The translations under genes were made by a program, and so were the position numbers. This document shows positions 29,282 through 39,121 of a stretch of DNA of 64,000 nucleotides, piece after piece (the first letter of the stretch is position 1; every line of letters starts with the position of its first letter). The DNA comes from an uncultured Candidatus Saccharibacteria bacterium (GTDB lineage: Bacteria; Patescibacteriota; WWE3; 2-01-FULL-39-13), in the NCBI GenBank assembly GCA_965230915.1, contig OZ246395.1, positions 472,935 through 536,934 on the forward strand, in the 5' to 3' direction. The notes under the pieces are model-generated. The model was not told the origin of the DNA, did no database searches, and saw nothing but the letters and a program-made list of their open reading frames with translations.

Positions 29282-29356
29282 TGGAGCGGGTAGCGGGAAT
29301 CGAACCCGCCTCTAGACCTTGGAAGGGTCTCATAAAAGCCACTATACGATACCCGC
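29282..29356 (-). tRNA. tRNA-Gly (anticodon TCC), encoded CCA
   Basis: Reverse complement GCGGGTATCGTATAGTGGCTTTTATGAGACCCTTCCAAGGTCTAGAGGCGGGTTCGATTCCCGCTACCCGCTCCA. Confidence 0.8.
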
Positions 29357-29407
29357 GTGGCTAAAGCCTTTCAGCTTAATTTAACAGAAATTATTATAGC
29401 AAAAATT

Positions 29408-30859
29408 TTAAAATAAACCTCTTATAGTTCCAAAAACATCAATATCTGTAAAGCTATCTACCAAAACCATAGTTGTAAATACAAATAAAATGCCAAAGCA
29501 AAGTGCCACTACTGCTTTTCGCCACATTCTTGGATGTGCAGCACTTGGAACTAGGCGCATGTTTGTTTTTATTAGAATTCCAGAAAATACAGTCATACAA
29601 ACAGCATTTATAACGGCACCTGTAACAATTAAATATTGTGGTTGAGTTACTCCAGCCAATAAAACTATTATTCCAAAAAGCAAAAGAATCCAGATTGATG
29701 CATAGAATGTTACCTGAACTTTTCTTGCAGTAGTTGGGCCTTTTGTCATTAAAACAATATTTTCTGTAATAATACGCCCTGCTCCATCTATAACTGTTAA
29801 TTGCGTAGCAAAAAGCATTAAAGCTGTAACTATTAGTAGTGCATTGCCTACGAACGGATTTGTTGAGGCATTAATCATTGCGGCTTGAGTATATAAAAAG
29901 TTTATTCCCTCGGCATTTCCAGCATGACCATAGGCTGTTGAGTAGGAGATCAAGGCTAACAAAAGCATTGTAAAAAGTCCAAGCCCCCAGAAAACCAAAA
30001 GGTGTTCTGCGTTGGCTTTTCTCCACCATTGATTAAATTTAGCTATTTCTTCCGGCTTGGGCTCGAAAGTTGAACCCTGTATATCTACATCCTCGGCTTT
30101 TCCGGTAATTAAGCTTGTTATACGGCCCGAGTACTTACCCATCGCATAACCCTTTTCTTTAACATAAAAAGATTGGGCTAAAAGTAAATTTCCACCTGCT
30201 CCAGCATATGCGAAGGCAGCCAAAAAACCCATGAATGGAAAATCTGGATTGGTAGGAAAAAATCTGTAGCCATCTCCGAATCCCAGAATTCCTAGAAATA
30301 AAGCCTGTACTGCATCCCAAGTAACAACATTTACCGCAACAAAGATGATTAAAGGTATCCCGATTGAAATTAAGATTTTCTGAAAGGTTTCTACAGTTTT
30401 ATATAGAACAGGCCCCAAAGTTAAAATAGCTCCAACTAAAAGTAATTCTACAATTGTTGCGACGGTAGCTAGTGGGAATTCTTCATTATTTGATATTCCA
30501 AAAGGTTTTAAAGCTCCGACTGACGCAGCAGCAAAGGCCGGCCAGGTCCAAGCGATTATTGTAGATATAGCAAACCAGATTGGAATCCATCTAAAAATAC
30601 GTGCAAATCCGACGAAAATGCTTTCTCCGTTTGCCAACGTATAACGTTCGATTTCAGTATTTAAGAAAAATTGAATAGTGATACCTAAAATTGCTCCCCA
30701 AATTATGCCTAGTCCCCAATTAGCAGATAGGTATGGCCATAAAATAAGTTCGCCTGTGCCCAGTCCGAGCCCGACTAAAATAAGGCTTGGGCCAACCATT
30801 TTCGCCAAAGATTTAGGCGCTTCAGGAAGAATATTTTTTTTGAGGGGGCGAAGATCCAT
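29408..30859 (-). CDS. Polytopic membrane transporter, probably an Nramp-family divalent metal cation transporter (MntH-like)
   Basis: ~11-12 TM helices; N-terminal region GPSLILVGLGLGTGELILWPY… resembles the Nramp TM1 region. The assignment is not certain. Confidence 0.45.
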   Translation of the reverse strand: MDLRPLKKNILPEAPKSLAKMVGPSLILVGLGLGTGELILWPYLSANWGLGIIWGAILGITIQFFLNTEIERYTLANGESIFVGFARIFRWIPIWFAISTIIAWTWPAFAAASVGALKPFGISNNEEFPLATVATIVELLLVGAILTLGPVLYKTVETFQKILISIGIPLIIFVAVNVVTWDAVQALFLGILGFGDGYRFFPTNPDFPFMGFLAAFAYAGAGGNLLLAQSFYVKEKGYAMGKYSGRITSLITGKAEDVDIQGSTFEPKPEEIAKFNQWWRKANAEHLLVFWGLGLFTMLLLALISYSTAYGHAGNAEGINFLYTQAAMINASTNPFVGNALLIVTALMLFATQLTVIDGAGRIITENIVLMTKGPTTARKVQVTFYASIWILLLFGIIVLLAGVTQPQYLIVTGAVINAVCMTVFSGILIKTNMRLVPSAAHPRMWRKAVVALCFGILFVFTTMVLVDSFTDIDVFGTIRGLF

Positions 30860-30887
30860 ATAAAAATTATGATATGATAATGGACGT

Positions 30888-31178
30888 ATGGCAACAACAA
30901 AAAGACAACGTTTTGAACCAATAGTTATAGAAATCGATGGTAAAGAGATTGAAATCTGCGCATGCGGTAATACATTAAATGAAGATCGTACCTGCGATGG
31001 TACTCATAAAAAGCTAAATGCTCAAATGGATGAAGAAGAAGCAAATGGCAAAACTATGACAGTTGAAGAAGTTTTAGAAGCTTTAAATCAGTCTCAAAGC
31101 TGTTGCGGCGGACATAGCCACGCTCACAAGGAAGATCACGCATGTGCTTGTGGCGGAAACTGCGGTTGTAATCACTAA
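30888..31178 (+). CDS. CDGSH-type iron-sulfur domain protein with a Cys/His-rich C-terminal metal-binding tail
   Basis: CACGNTLNEDRTCDGTHKK matches the C-x-C-x(8-9)-C-D-G-(S/T)-H motif; C-terminal tail CCGGHSHAHKEDHACACGGNCGCNH. Confidence 0.65.
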   Translation: MATTKRQRFEPIVIEIDGKEIEICACGNTLNEDRTCDGTHKKLNAQMDEEEANGKTMTVEEVLEALNQSQSCCGGHSHAHKEDHACACGGNCGCNH

Positions 31179-31184
31179 CTTTCC

Positions 31185-31742
31185 CTAGTTCTCCCTGCTA
31201 TATTTCAAAGTTACTTTTCCAGAGTTATCATACATAGTCAACACATTACCAGATATTTCAAAAGTTGTTGAATTCGATAAATTCCGCATAAACTCAGACT
31301 CACTAGTATCTCTTGTAATACCACAAGATTTAAATGTCATTCCAAGTGGTCCTACTGAAACTGTATTACCGGTCGAACTATATGATCCAAAATAATTGTT
31401 ACATCCGCCAGATCCGTCTATCCGGTTAGTTGTAAAATTTGAATCCGCTCCAGAATCTGAAGGGACCTTAACTTCTCGACTATTTTTATCTGAATAACTT
31501 ACTAAGCTCCACTGTGTGTTTTCTAGTTGATTGGGCAATATTTCTCTGACCTCATTATTTGTAGAATCAGATTCATTGGCAGATGTATCATCTGCTGGAG
31601 TTATAGGTGTTGGCATCGAATCTGGACGCATAAAATAATATATTGCGCCTAAAAGAACCAATATACCAACTCCGACGGCTATCATTGTTCCTGCATTTGA
31701 TTTTGCATCTTCTAATTGCGGAAAATCTGGAGTGTCGGACAT
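31185..31742 (-). CDS. META/HslJ-like domain protein, membrane-anchored
   Basis: N-terminal TM; GCNNYFGSY…GNTVSVGPLGMT matches the GCNxxxGxY signature of META (DUF306) domains. Confidence 0.55.
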   Translation of the reverse strand: MSDTPDFPQLEDAKSNAGTMIAVGVGILVLLGAIYYFMRPDSMPTPITPADDTSANESDSTNNEVREILPNQLENTQWSLVSYSDKNSREVKVPSDSGADSNFTTNRIDGSGGCNNYFGSYSSTGNTVSVGPLGMTFKSCGITRDTSESEFMRNLSNSTTFEISGNVLTMYDNSGKVTLKYSREN

Positions 31743-31757
31743 AATTCCACCTTATAC

Positions 31758-32954
31758 TTATTGTCCAAGGATGTAAAGTTCTTCTTCTGCTCGTGTAATT
31801 CCAGTGTAGAGCCAGCGTTTCCACATTGAATCATCGGTGTTTTTGAATCTCTCTTCGAATAAGATTACTTTTTTTGCCTGACTACCCTGAGCTTTATGAA
31901 CTGTAAGGGCATATCCGAAATCAAATAAGTCGGCATCACCAATAGTTCGGCGCATGTCTGTAAAATTTAGACTTTGAGGATTATTAAATTGCGCCTTAAA
32001 AATTTGCCCTTTATATAAACCCTTTTGGCCATCCATTCTAATCTCGACTTCATAAACTGGAGACATTTCGTTCTGATCTGTAATTTTTTCGATGGTTCCT
32101 AGCATGCCGTTTGCAATTTCTTTTGCATGATTATTTCTAAGACAAATTACACGGTCACCTACCTGAGGAGTTTGTTCATAGATTTCTAAAGCATTTCTAA
32201 TAAAATTATTAAGTTTTATTCGCGTATTGTTATATCCGCATAAAACTAATGTGCTTGTTGTATATGCACGAAGATGATCCATCATAATTTCTGAAGATTC
32301 ATAATCTGCACGTGAGAATTTCATAACTGTGTCTGACTGTTTACCAATTGGGATTATTCCGTCGCTTCGAGCAATTGTTGCGATATGAATTATTGGATTT
32401 CCTTCTGCCTGGCGATGAATTCTTTCTAATTTGATTTGAGGATTAGACATTAAATTAAAATTTCCATTTATTGGTGGAAGTTGTCCATGATCGCCAACTG
32501 CAATTATAGGAACATCAAATGAAAGCAAATCATTCCAAATTTTTTCGTCGACCATTGAAGCCTCGTCGATAATTATTAAATCGGCATCAAGTTCTTCTTT
32601 TAATTTCCACCCAGTGATTTCTTCCTTGTCGTTGACCTGCGGGGAATATATTAAAGAATGAATTGTGCTAACTGTATCTTTTAAAAAACTTGAATGATTG
32701 TCGTCTATTTTGGCTTGTAAGACTCTTGTAGCTTTGCCGGTATAACTTACAAACGCAACTTTTAATCCCTTTTGAATTTGATTTAGCTCTTTTCGAAAAA
32801 TAGAAATTAAAGTTGTTTTACCAGTACCAGCGTATCCTCCTAAAGTTATAAATTGGGATCTCTTTGGAGATTTATACCATTCTAACAATAGCTTAAGCGC
32901 TTTTTCTTGGTCTTCTGACAGTTCGATTTTTTTGTTTGGAGTTTGGCTTGGCAC
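31758..32954 (-). CDS. RecD/Dda-like SF1B DNA helicase (AAA_30 + UvrD_C_2 type)
   Basis: Walker A GYAGTGKTT, Walker B LIIIDEASMVD, and motif VI-like ALTVHKAQGSQAKKVIL. Confidence 0.8.
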   Translation of the reverse strand: MPSQTPNKKIELSEDQEKALKLLLEWYKSPKRSQFITLGGYAGTGKTTLISIFRKELNQIQKGLKVAFVSYTGKATRVLQAKIDDNHSSFLKDTVSTIHSLIYSPQVNDKEEITGWKLKEELDADLIIIDEASMVDEKIWNDLLSFDVPIIAVGDHGQLPPINGNFNLMSNPQIKLERIHRQAEGNPIIHIATIARSDGIIPIGKQSDTVMKFSRADYESSEIMMDHLRAYTTSTLVLCGYNNTRIKLNNFIRNALEIYEQTPQVGDRVICLRNNHAKEIANGMLGTIEKITDQNEMSPVYEVEIRMDGQKGLYKGQIFKAQFNNPQSLNFTDMRRTIGDADLFDFGYALTVHKAQGSQAKKVILFEERFKNTDDSMWKRWLYTGITRAEEELYILGQ

Positions 32955-33037
32955 TAATTTATATTACAAGATAAAGCTGGTAAGTGAAGTTCGCAATTGT
33001 GTTGATGCGGCTTCACTTACCATTCTGCATGTGAACA

Positions 33038-33148
33038 TTAATCAGCAATTCCGATTGAATCGCTGACTTCAACAAAACCAAAACTGACCTGCACCGTAAC
33101 TACCGCTGTAATCGCGATTAGAAGCAACAATGCGGCTATTTTCCTCAC
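33038..33148 (-). CDS. Unannotated small hydrophobic peptide (36 aa; GTG start) translationally coupled to the upstream 95-aa gene
   Basis: Perfect SD AAGGAGG 6 nt before GTG; sequence VRKIAALLLLIAITAVVTVQVSFGFVEVSDSIGIAD (one TM helix). It starts 12 nt after the stop of the 33161..33448 gene and is followed by a perfect 11-bp hairpin (GGTAAGTGAAG…CTTCACTTACC, 32979..33021). Confidence 0.5.
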   Translation of the reverse strand: MRKIAALLLLIAITAVVTVQVSFGFVEVSDSIGIAD

Positions 33149-33160
33149 GCTGGCCTCCTT

Positions 33161-33448
33161 TTATAAGAGTCGATTAACATAGTTCGCTACTTCAATTGTG
33201 TGATTTAGCGCATTTCTTAATGCTATTCGCCCGGCAGCGGTATCCATGTCCATTTGATAAATTTTGAGTAAGGATTGTCTGTCAAAACAAGCCTCAACGA
33301 CCTCATACACTTTATCTTTATCTAGATCTGGCCACTGAGCTTCAATAGAACGTGCGTATAACTCACGCAATTCCGGAATGCTTACATCTGCAGCTTCCTC
33401 TTGCACATCGCCTTTCATGCTGGAATCCTTTCGAATTGAAAGAACCAC
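33161..33448 (-). CDS. Hypothetical small cytoplasmic protein; GC-rich gene
   Basis: 95-aa ORF with higher GC than the flanks; no recognisable motif. Confidence 0.45.
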   Translation of the reverse strand: MVLSIRKDSSMKGDVQEEAADVSIPELRELYARSIEAQWPDLDKDKVYEVVEACFDRQSLLKIYQMDMDTAAGRIALRNALNHTIEVANYVNRLL

Positions 33449-33500
33449 ACATTAACAGTTAGCTTGATTGTATTCTTCTTTTAAATATTTTCAATAAATT

Positions 33501-35033
33501 TTACCTGCTCTTTGGAGTATAGAAAGTGACCTTTGGCATTTCGCCAAACATCATTCGGGTTTCGGCATAAAGCCATGGGATAAAGGAAAAGGTTAAAAGG
33601 TTAATCATAATAATTGGGCCCTCTAAATAAACCAAAATTTTCTTCCATAGATTCCATCCGCCAGGGCGGCTGTCTTCGTATAATTTGTATTTAACGTATC
33701 CGACTGGAATAAAACTAATAAGTGTTAAGGTCAAAATTAAACTTAAAACGTTTGGCAATGCATAAACAGTAGATGAATTTCTGAATGTAACGTTAACTAG
33801 GGTAACTAATGAGAATCCAAATGTAATCAAAAAAACGCTAGTGCGCAAAAGTAAATGACGTTCTAGTTTTGAAAAAACCCAGAGAACTTTATCTTCAATA
33901 TTTGTTTCACGTCGTAATGTTTTCACCATATATTTCATGGCAATAACCGAAGTTACACTTCCCCAGCCCCATCTTACTAATTGTTTATATAAATTCTTGT
34001 GCGCATTTAAATAAGAAGTCCCGCCTGTCGCATCTCCATAGATTGGTATATAGAATTTTTCGCTAGAAAAATCACCGCGACGAGCATACAAAGCTCTCCA
34101 ATAAAAAACTGTGTCGTCGATCATAGTTGTATCCCAATAATCTGCAGCCACTAAAGTGTCTAGCGCACATGAATAGCACGAAAATGATTCCTTATATAAA
34201 GGAGATGAAGTCCAATTTGAAAGCATTCCTAAAGTAATGTTGTGAGACTCGATCCGAGATAAAATTGGAACGCTCCAAACATTATTGCTAAACAAATGCA
34301 CAACTGTTTCGTAGAAACGATTAAAACGTTTACCGTCGGTTAAATATGCATAAGTTAAACGGGGCAAAAATTCTTTGTGCAAAAGCCAATCTGAATCATA
34401 TGTAGTGAAGATATAATTTTTTATATCCTCCCCTTCTTTTTTTAATGCTTCAACTGCATGAACTGCACCCCATTTTCGATTCGGAGATGCAACTCCAACG
34501 ATTTCACCAGGAATTCCGCGAGGATGAATAAATTGCATGATTCGAGGCAATTTATCTCCATACTCTTTTCTAACTTGGTCTAGTGCTTCCGTAACCTCCG
34601 CCTCACCAATTTCTTCGGTACTAACAACAACGAGAATATTCTCTTTAGGATAATTTGAGTTTACTAGAGCGCGAAATGTATCTTTTAGAATCGCAAAACT
34701 TTCTTTAACAGTCGGAATTAAAATTAAGTGCTTTGTATTTTTTAGACTATCAGGTAGTGATTCTTTATTTGGAAGGTCATCAAAGTTAAGCTCTTCACAT
34801 TTTTTATACCAGTCGATAGCGGTTTCTTTTTTAAAAATTAAATAACCACGAACTAAGCCGACCGCATGTGCGAAAGCCAAATACACCCAATAAACTGCAA
34901 TAAAAGTAAGTAAAAATGCGGCAGCTCGAGGGGCTAAAAATCCTAGCCATATTGGCATTAATATCATTACCCAGGAAGTAAAACCTGGTACAAACATTAA
35001 AAATCTATCTAAGGGGTCCTTCGGATTAATCAT
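33501..35033 (-). CDS. Processive family-2 glycosyltransferase (cellulose/chitin-synthase-like membrane GT2)
   Basis: N- and C-terminal TM bundles, a cytoplasmic GT-A domain with DxD-like motifs (TYDSDW), and the processive-GT2 QxxRW motif (QLVRWGWGS). Confidence 0.7.
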   Translation of the reverse strand: MINPKDPLDRFLMFVPGFTSWVMILMPIWLGFLAPRAAAFLLTFIAVYWVYLAFAHAVGLVRGYLIFKKETAIDWYKKCEELNFDDLPNKESLPDSLKNTKHLILIPTVKESFAILKDTFRALVNSNYPKENILVVVSTEEIGEAEVTEALDQVRKEYGDKLPRIMQFIHPRGIPGEIVGVASPNRKWGAVHAVEALKKEGEDIKNYIFTTYDSDWLLHKEFLPRLTYAYLTDGKRFNRFYETVVHLFSNNVWSVPILSRIESHNITLGMLSNWTSSPLYKESFSCYSCALDTLVAADYWDTTMIDDTVFYWRALYARRGDFSSEKFYIPIYGDATGGTSYLNAHKNLYKQLVRWGWGSVTSVIAMKYMVKTLRRETNIEDKVLWVFSKLERHLLLRTSVFLITFGFSLVTLVNVTFRNSSTVYALPNVLSLILTLTLISFIPVGYVKYKLYEDSRPGGWNLWKKILVYLEGPIIMINLLTFSFIPWLYAETRMMFGEMPKVTFYTPKSR

Positions 35034-35076
35034 GGGATAAATGCTTTTACTATTATATCATTACTAAGTACTGCCT

Positions 35077-36342
35077 ATGACTGACGAAATTTCTTCTATA
35101 AACCCAGATATTGAACAAAGTGAAAATCAACCTGATAACAAATTTTCAAGGCGTGATTTTGGAAAACTAGCATTTGGAGCGGGTGTTGCTCTAGCTTCGG
35201 CGGCAACGAAGGCTGCCATTTATCAGCAATCTGATCCAACTTTTAATAGTCATGTGAGTACACTATTAGAAGATACAGCTCGAATGGCGGCTACTGATCC
35301 TGAGTACCAACCTTCTGAGTATTCAAGTTTATACAATGAACATGCTTCATTTATTGCCTCAACAGAAGGAGAATGGACTGACATTTTAGCTCCGGGGTTA
35401 GACAAATTTTTCGGATTATATTTTGGAAAGTCTCTGGCTGAAGGTCTAACTACAATGCAACCAATAGCAGCTGATATGAATGTAGATTCACGAAATTTAG
35501 TTTTGGCTGCATCTTTTTGGGGAGGAGAAAAAATTAGAACTGAAGACAGAGTTTTGCTTGAGGATGCTACAAATCTTGCTCAAACCACAATAGCAGCCGA
35601 GCTCGACAATAACATTATAGATAAAAGTTTAGGCACTATTAACCCTAACCTAAAGGCGATTCAAAGTATTTATAGTTCGAGCGCTTTAGATGGTGTTATT
35701 CCAGATTATTTAAGAAAAATTGGATCTAAACGCGTTAGGTCGGTAGGTCCCAATGATGCATCTGCAGAGGTAAACGCACACGCAGTCGCTGCCGTCATAG
35801 AAAATGAGCGGCTAGGAAAAAACTATTTTGGAAATGATTTTTCAAGACAGGCTGAAGTAGTCACACAGTTATCTGCAGAATTAAAAGACGAACGTACCGT
35901 AGGAATTCCATCAAAAGTAACTTCTGATAATTTTGTAAGTTCCGCAAGAAATCTTGAGGCACAAATCGTAGATCAGCAAAGAGACTTAGATTTTGGGTTA
36001 AAGCTTTTTACCGCAAACATTAGGTATCGTGAATATTTAATTCAACGCGAACTTGGAATCGAAAGCTTCGATGATCTGGACGAGGAACAAAGAGCTATAG
36101 AAGAGCTAATTTTATTAGCATCGCTAGATGACTACCCTAATTCACGAATGGCTCATTATAACGAGCACATAGACGGACAATTTAGTAAACCGGAAGATAT
36201 TATCCCAGCTGTTGCCAATGATTTAAAGGAAACTGATTATATAGATATGGAAACCACTCTCGATCCTTCAAATTGGGACCCTTCGGTTCAGGGTAAAATT
36301 GATTTCTTACACCGCCTTCGAGACGCTGCGGCTCAAAATTAA
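35077..36342 (+). CDS. Hypothetical Tat-exported protein
   Basis: Twin-arginine signal SRRDFGKLAFGAGVALASAATKAA; the remainder is unrecognised. Confidence 0.5.
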   Translation: MTDEISSINPDIEQSENQPDNKFSRRDFGKLAFGAGVALASAATKAAIYQQSDPTFNSHVSTLLEDTARMAATDPEYQPSEYSSLYNEHASFIASTEGEWTDILAPGLDKFFGLYFGKSLAEGLTTMQPIAADMNVDSRNLVLAASFWGGEKIRTEDRVLLEDATNLAQTTIAAELDNNIIDKSLGTINPNLKAIQSIYSSSALDGVIPDYLRKIGSKRVRSVGPNDASAEVNAHAVAAVIENERLGKNYFGNDFSRQAEVVTQLSAELKDERTVGIPSKVTSDNFVSSARNLEAQIVDQQRDLDFGLKLFTANIRYREYLIQRELGIESFDDLDEEQRAIEELILLASLDDYPNSRMAHYNEHIDGQFSKPEDIIPAVANDLKETDYIDMETTLDPSNWDPSVQGKIDFLHRLRDAAAQN

Positions 36343-36852
36343 AATTCTTAAGTCTTTTCCAAACCAATTGATTGTTAATTTTTCAAACCAATTTCTATGT
36401 TTAGACCAATAGTGAAAAGCTTTTCCTAAAACTGTAACTACATTTTTGATTTCCTTTTCCAAAGTAAAATCATCGTTTACCGGCAAGAAAATGTTTTTAT
36501 TATTCACTTGGCATTCAACATTTTCTTTATTTATGATTTCACAAAACCATTTCGCCATATGTTCACTATTTAATGTTACCTGCATATAGCCGTTATTTAG
36601 TGATTTATGTTTATACGGAACTATCATATTAAATGCACGTTCGATTTCGGTTACTGCATTTTTATAATTTTCTGAATTAAAATCATTTGAAGTTCCTTTG
36701 CTGTTTAGCATATCACCTCTATGTGGAGGGCCCCCTTCAATCGCTAAATTGCAATAGCTGTCCCACATTTTATTCCATGCTACGTTTCCATTTTCATCAT
36801 ACACAAACGGGGCCGAAGCCATTGGGACATTTTTGCTAGGTTGAGGGGTCAT
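36307..36852 (-). CDS. Hypothetical protein
   Basis: 181-aa ORF, convergent with and overlapping the previous gene by 36 nt; no recognisable motif. Confidence 0.4.
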   Translation of the reverse strand: MTPQPSKNVPMASAPFVYDENGNVAWNKMWDSYCNLAIEGGPPHRGDMLNSKGTSNDFNSENYKNAVTEIERAFNMIVPYKHKSLNNGYMQVTLNSEHMAKWFCEIINKENVECQVNNKNIFLPVNDDFTLEKEIKNVVTVLGKAFHYWSKHRNWFEKLTINWFGKDLRILILSRSVSKAV

Positions 36853-38712
36853 AATTTCTTAACTATAAGTTATAATCATTATACACGCATGGAAAAAGCA
36901 TCCACCATCATAAAACTTAAAAAGGGGGCTAAGGAGATAGCCATATTTTTTAATACCTTAGCAAAAACATTAAAATTAGGCTATGAAATTGCACCTATTG
37001 CTACTGTACTTTACTCATTTACATATGTGGTTATTTATCTAACCCCAATTGGAATAAATTATCTTCAGAGTTTATTAATTGACCGATTGGTTTTGTCTGC
37101 TGTCGAAAAAACTCTTACTCGCGATGCGACACTGATTGTGTCAATATTTTTAACTGCGTTCTTTTTAAGAACTATCGTTGCTCTTTATAGCGATTTCATT
37201 GAGAGCAAAATCATTTTTGACTTCGATAAAAAAATTGATTTAAGCATAATTAACAAATATTCCCAGCTCGATCTTGAATATTTCGAAGACCCCAAAACAA
37301 GCGATCTATTGCAAAAAGTCTCAAGCAATGAATACAAAGCTCGAATGTTATATATCACGACACAATACTTAATTGGAGATTTTGCGGCTTTAATTGCAAG
37401 CATAGGAATTGTACTTACTTTTTCTCCTTTTATTTTGTTTCTGATTATTATTTCTAATATTCCAACGTTAATAGCCGAGGGAAAACTTGGTAAAAGTATA
37501 TGGGGAATTTGGGATTACAAACCCGAAGATTTTAGAAACCAAAGTTGGACACGAGATATTTTGATTAGACAAAATTCTTTAAAAGAAGTTCGCGTTTTTA
37601 GAGCTAGGAACTTTTTATATAGCATAGTTGAAAAGCTTTTTAATGAATTTATTGAGTATCAAGTAAATGTAGAAAAGAAGCGCTTTAAATACGAAATAAT
37701 TTTAAGAGGAATACCATTTTTAGTTTTTGCTTATAGCTTTTATTTTTTAGTGAATCAGGTTGTCGCAGGAATTATTACAATTGGGCTTTTTACCTTTTAT
37801 TTTTCAACGTTAAATACTTTTTCTTCAACCTTAAACTCTATGTTTAAACGGTTTACCACTTTATACGAAAATGCGCTTTTTGTTAGTGACTACTTTAAAA
37901 TAATGAACCTGCCTAAATTAGTTAAAGATGGAGAAGTAGTTTTAGAGCCAAATACATCTCCTACAATTGAATTTAAAAATGTCGATTTTAAATATCCACA
38001 CTCGAGTCAATATGTTTTTAAAGGATTTAATTTAGAAATAAAGCCTGGCGAACATATTGCAATTGTTGGAGAAAATGGAGCCGGTAAATCTACATTGATA
38101 AATTTGTTATTGAGGTTTTACGACGCTACAGACGGATCTATTTTAATTAATGGAACTGATCTAAAAGACTTTAAACTTGACTCTTATTATAAAAACATCG
38201 CGCTACTAGGTCAGGATTTTGCTAAATATCACTATGATGCAAAAACAAATATTGGACTTGGGAATATTGAACATATAAATAATCTTCTTGCAATAATAGA
38301 AGCTTCAAAATTTAGCGGGTCAGACAAATTTATTGAAAAATATGAGAAAGGCTATGATCAGATTTTAAATAAACAATTTACTGGTGGAATAGAGCCAAGC
38401 GAAGGTCAATGGCAAAAGATTGCGTTATCAAGGGCATTCTATAAAGATGCTCCAATTTTGATTCTAGATGAACCGACAAGTGCAATTGATCCAAAAGCTG
38501 AATCAGAAATCTTTGAAAGATTGTTCACGTACGCAAAAGATAAAACTGTAATAATTATTTCTCATAGATTCAGTACTGTACGAAACGCAGATAGAATTTT
38601 AGTTATGAACGAAGGACGAATTGTCGAAGAAGGGTCTCACTCAGAACTTGTTGCGTTGAACGGAATTTATAAAGAAGCTTACGATTTACAGAAAAAAGGA
38701 TATTTGGATTAA
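36841..38712 (+). CDS. ABC transporter, fused permease/ATP-binding type I exporter (MsbA/bacteriocin-exporter-like)
   Basis: N-terminal 6-TM domain; Walker A GENGAGKST; signature variant PSEGQWQKIALSRA; Walker B ILILDEPTSAID; H-loop IIISHR. Confidence 0.85.
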   Translation: MRGHNFLTISYNHYTRMEKASTIIKLKKGAKEIAIFFNTLAKTLKLGYEIAPIATVLYSFTYVVIYLTPIGINYLQSLLIDRLVLSAVEKTLTRDATLIVSIFLTAFFLRTIVALYSDFIESKIIFDFDKKIDLSIINKYSQLDLEYFEDPKTSDLLQKVSSNEYKARMLYITTQYLIGDFAALIASIGIVLTFSPFILFLIIISNIPTLIAEGKLGKSIWGIWDYKPEDFRNQSWTRDILIRQNSLKEVRVFRARNFLYSIVEKLFNEFIEYQVNVEKKRFKYEIILRGIPFLVFAYSFYFLVNQVVAGIITIGLFTFYFSTLNTFSSTLNSMFKRFTTLYENALFVSDYFKIMNLPKLVKDGEVVLEPNTSPTIEFKNVDFKYPHSSQYVFKGFNLEIKPGEHIAIVGENGAGKSTLINLLLRFYDATDGSILINGTDLKDFKLDSYYKNIALLGQDFAKYHYDAKTNIGLGNIEHINNLLAIIEASKFSGSDKFIEKYEKGYDQILNKQFTGGIEPSEGQWQKIALSRAFYKDAPILILDEPTSAIDPKAESEIFERLFTYAKDKTVIIISHRFSTVRNADRILVMNEGRIVEEGSHSELVALNGIYKEAYDLQKKGYLD

Positions 38713-39035
38713 TCCTCTTTAACAATTACGTTTTCTAAATCAGATTTTGTAGCAATAATTACGCTAGCAGTTTTATTTCCCTGATCGATTAATTTATATA
38801 ACCGATGTCGGCCATCAATCAAAAGGTTTTCTTCATTAATTATTAAAGGATACTGTGTGTCGGCTTTTTCATACCTTTTAGATGAAAATCCTGACTTTTT
38901 GCTTCGACTAGGTCCCTTAATAAGACTAATGCCTATATTTATTGGAGCTCTGCTTTCTAGGTTCTCGATTAATTTAAAAATATCTATTGTTGTTCCATCC
39001 TGAAAAGTCTTTGTATGAGTGTGTGTATGAGACAT
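38709..39035 (-). CDS. ParB-like nuclease domain protein (small)
   Basis: LLIDGRHRLYKL resembles the ParB/Srx-fold DGxHR motif. The N-terminus is MSHTHTHTKT, encoded by a short (CA/TG)n-like tract. Confidence 0.4.
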   Translation of the reverse strand: MSHTHTHTKTFQDGTTIDIFKLIENLESRAPINIGISLIKGPSRSKKSGFSSKRYEKADTQYPLIINEENLLIDGRHRLYKLIDQGNKTASVIIATKSDLENVIVKED

Positions 39036-39045
39036 TTAATTTATA

Positions 39046-39121
39046 TGGTCGGGGAGACTGGACTTGAACCAGTGACCTCCGCTTCCCAAAAGCGGCGCGC
39101 TAGCCAACTGCGCTACACCCC
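39046..39121 (-). tRNA. tRNA-Pro (anticodon TGG), encoded CCA
   Basis: Reverse complement GGGGTGTAGCGCAGTTGGCTAGCGCGCCGCTTTTGGGAAGCGGAGGTCACTGGTTCAAGTCCAGTCTCCCCGACCA. Confidence 0.8.
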
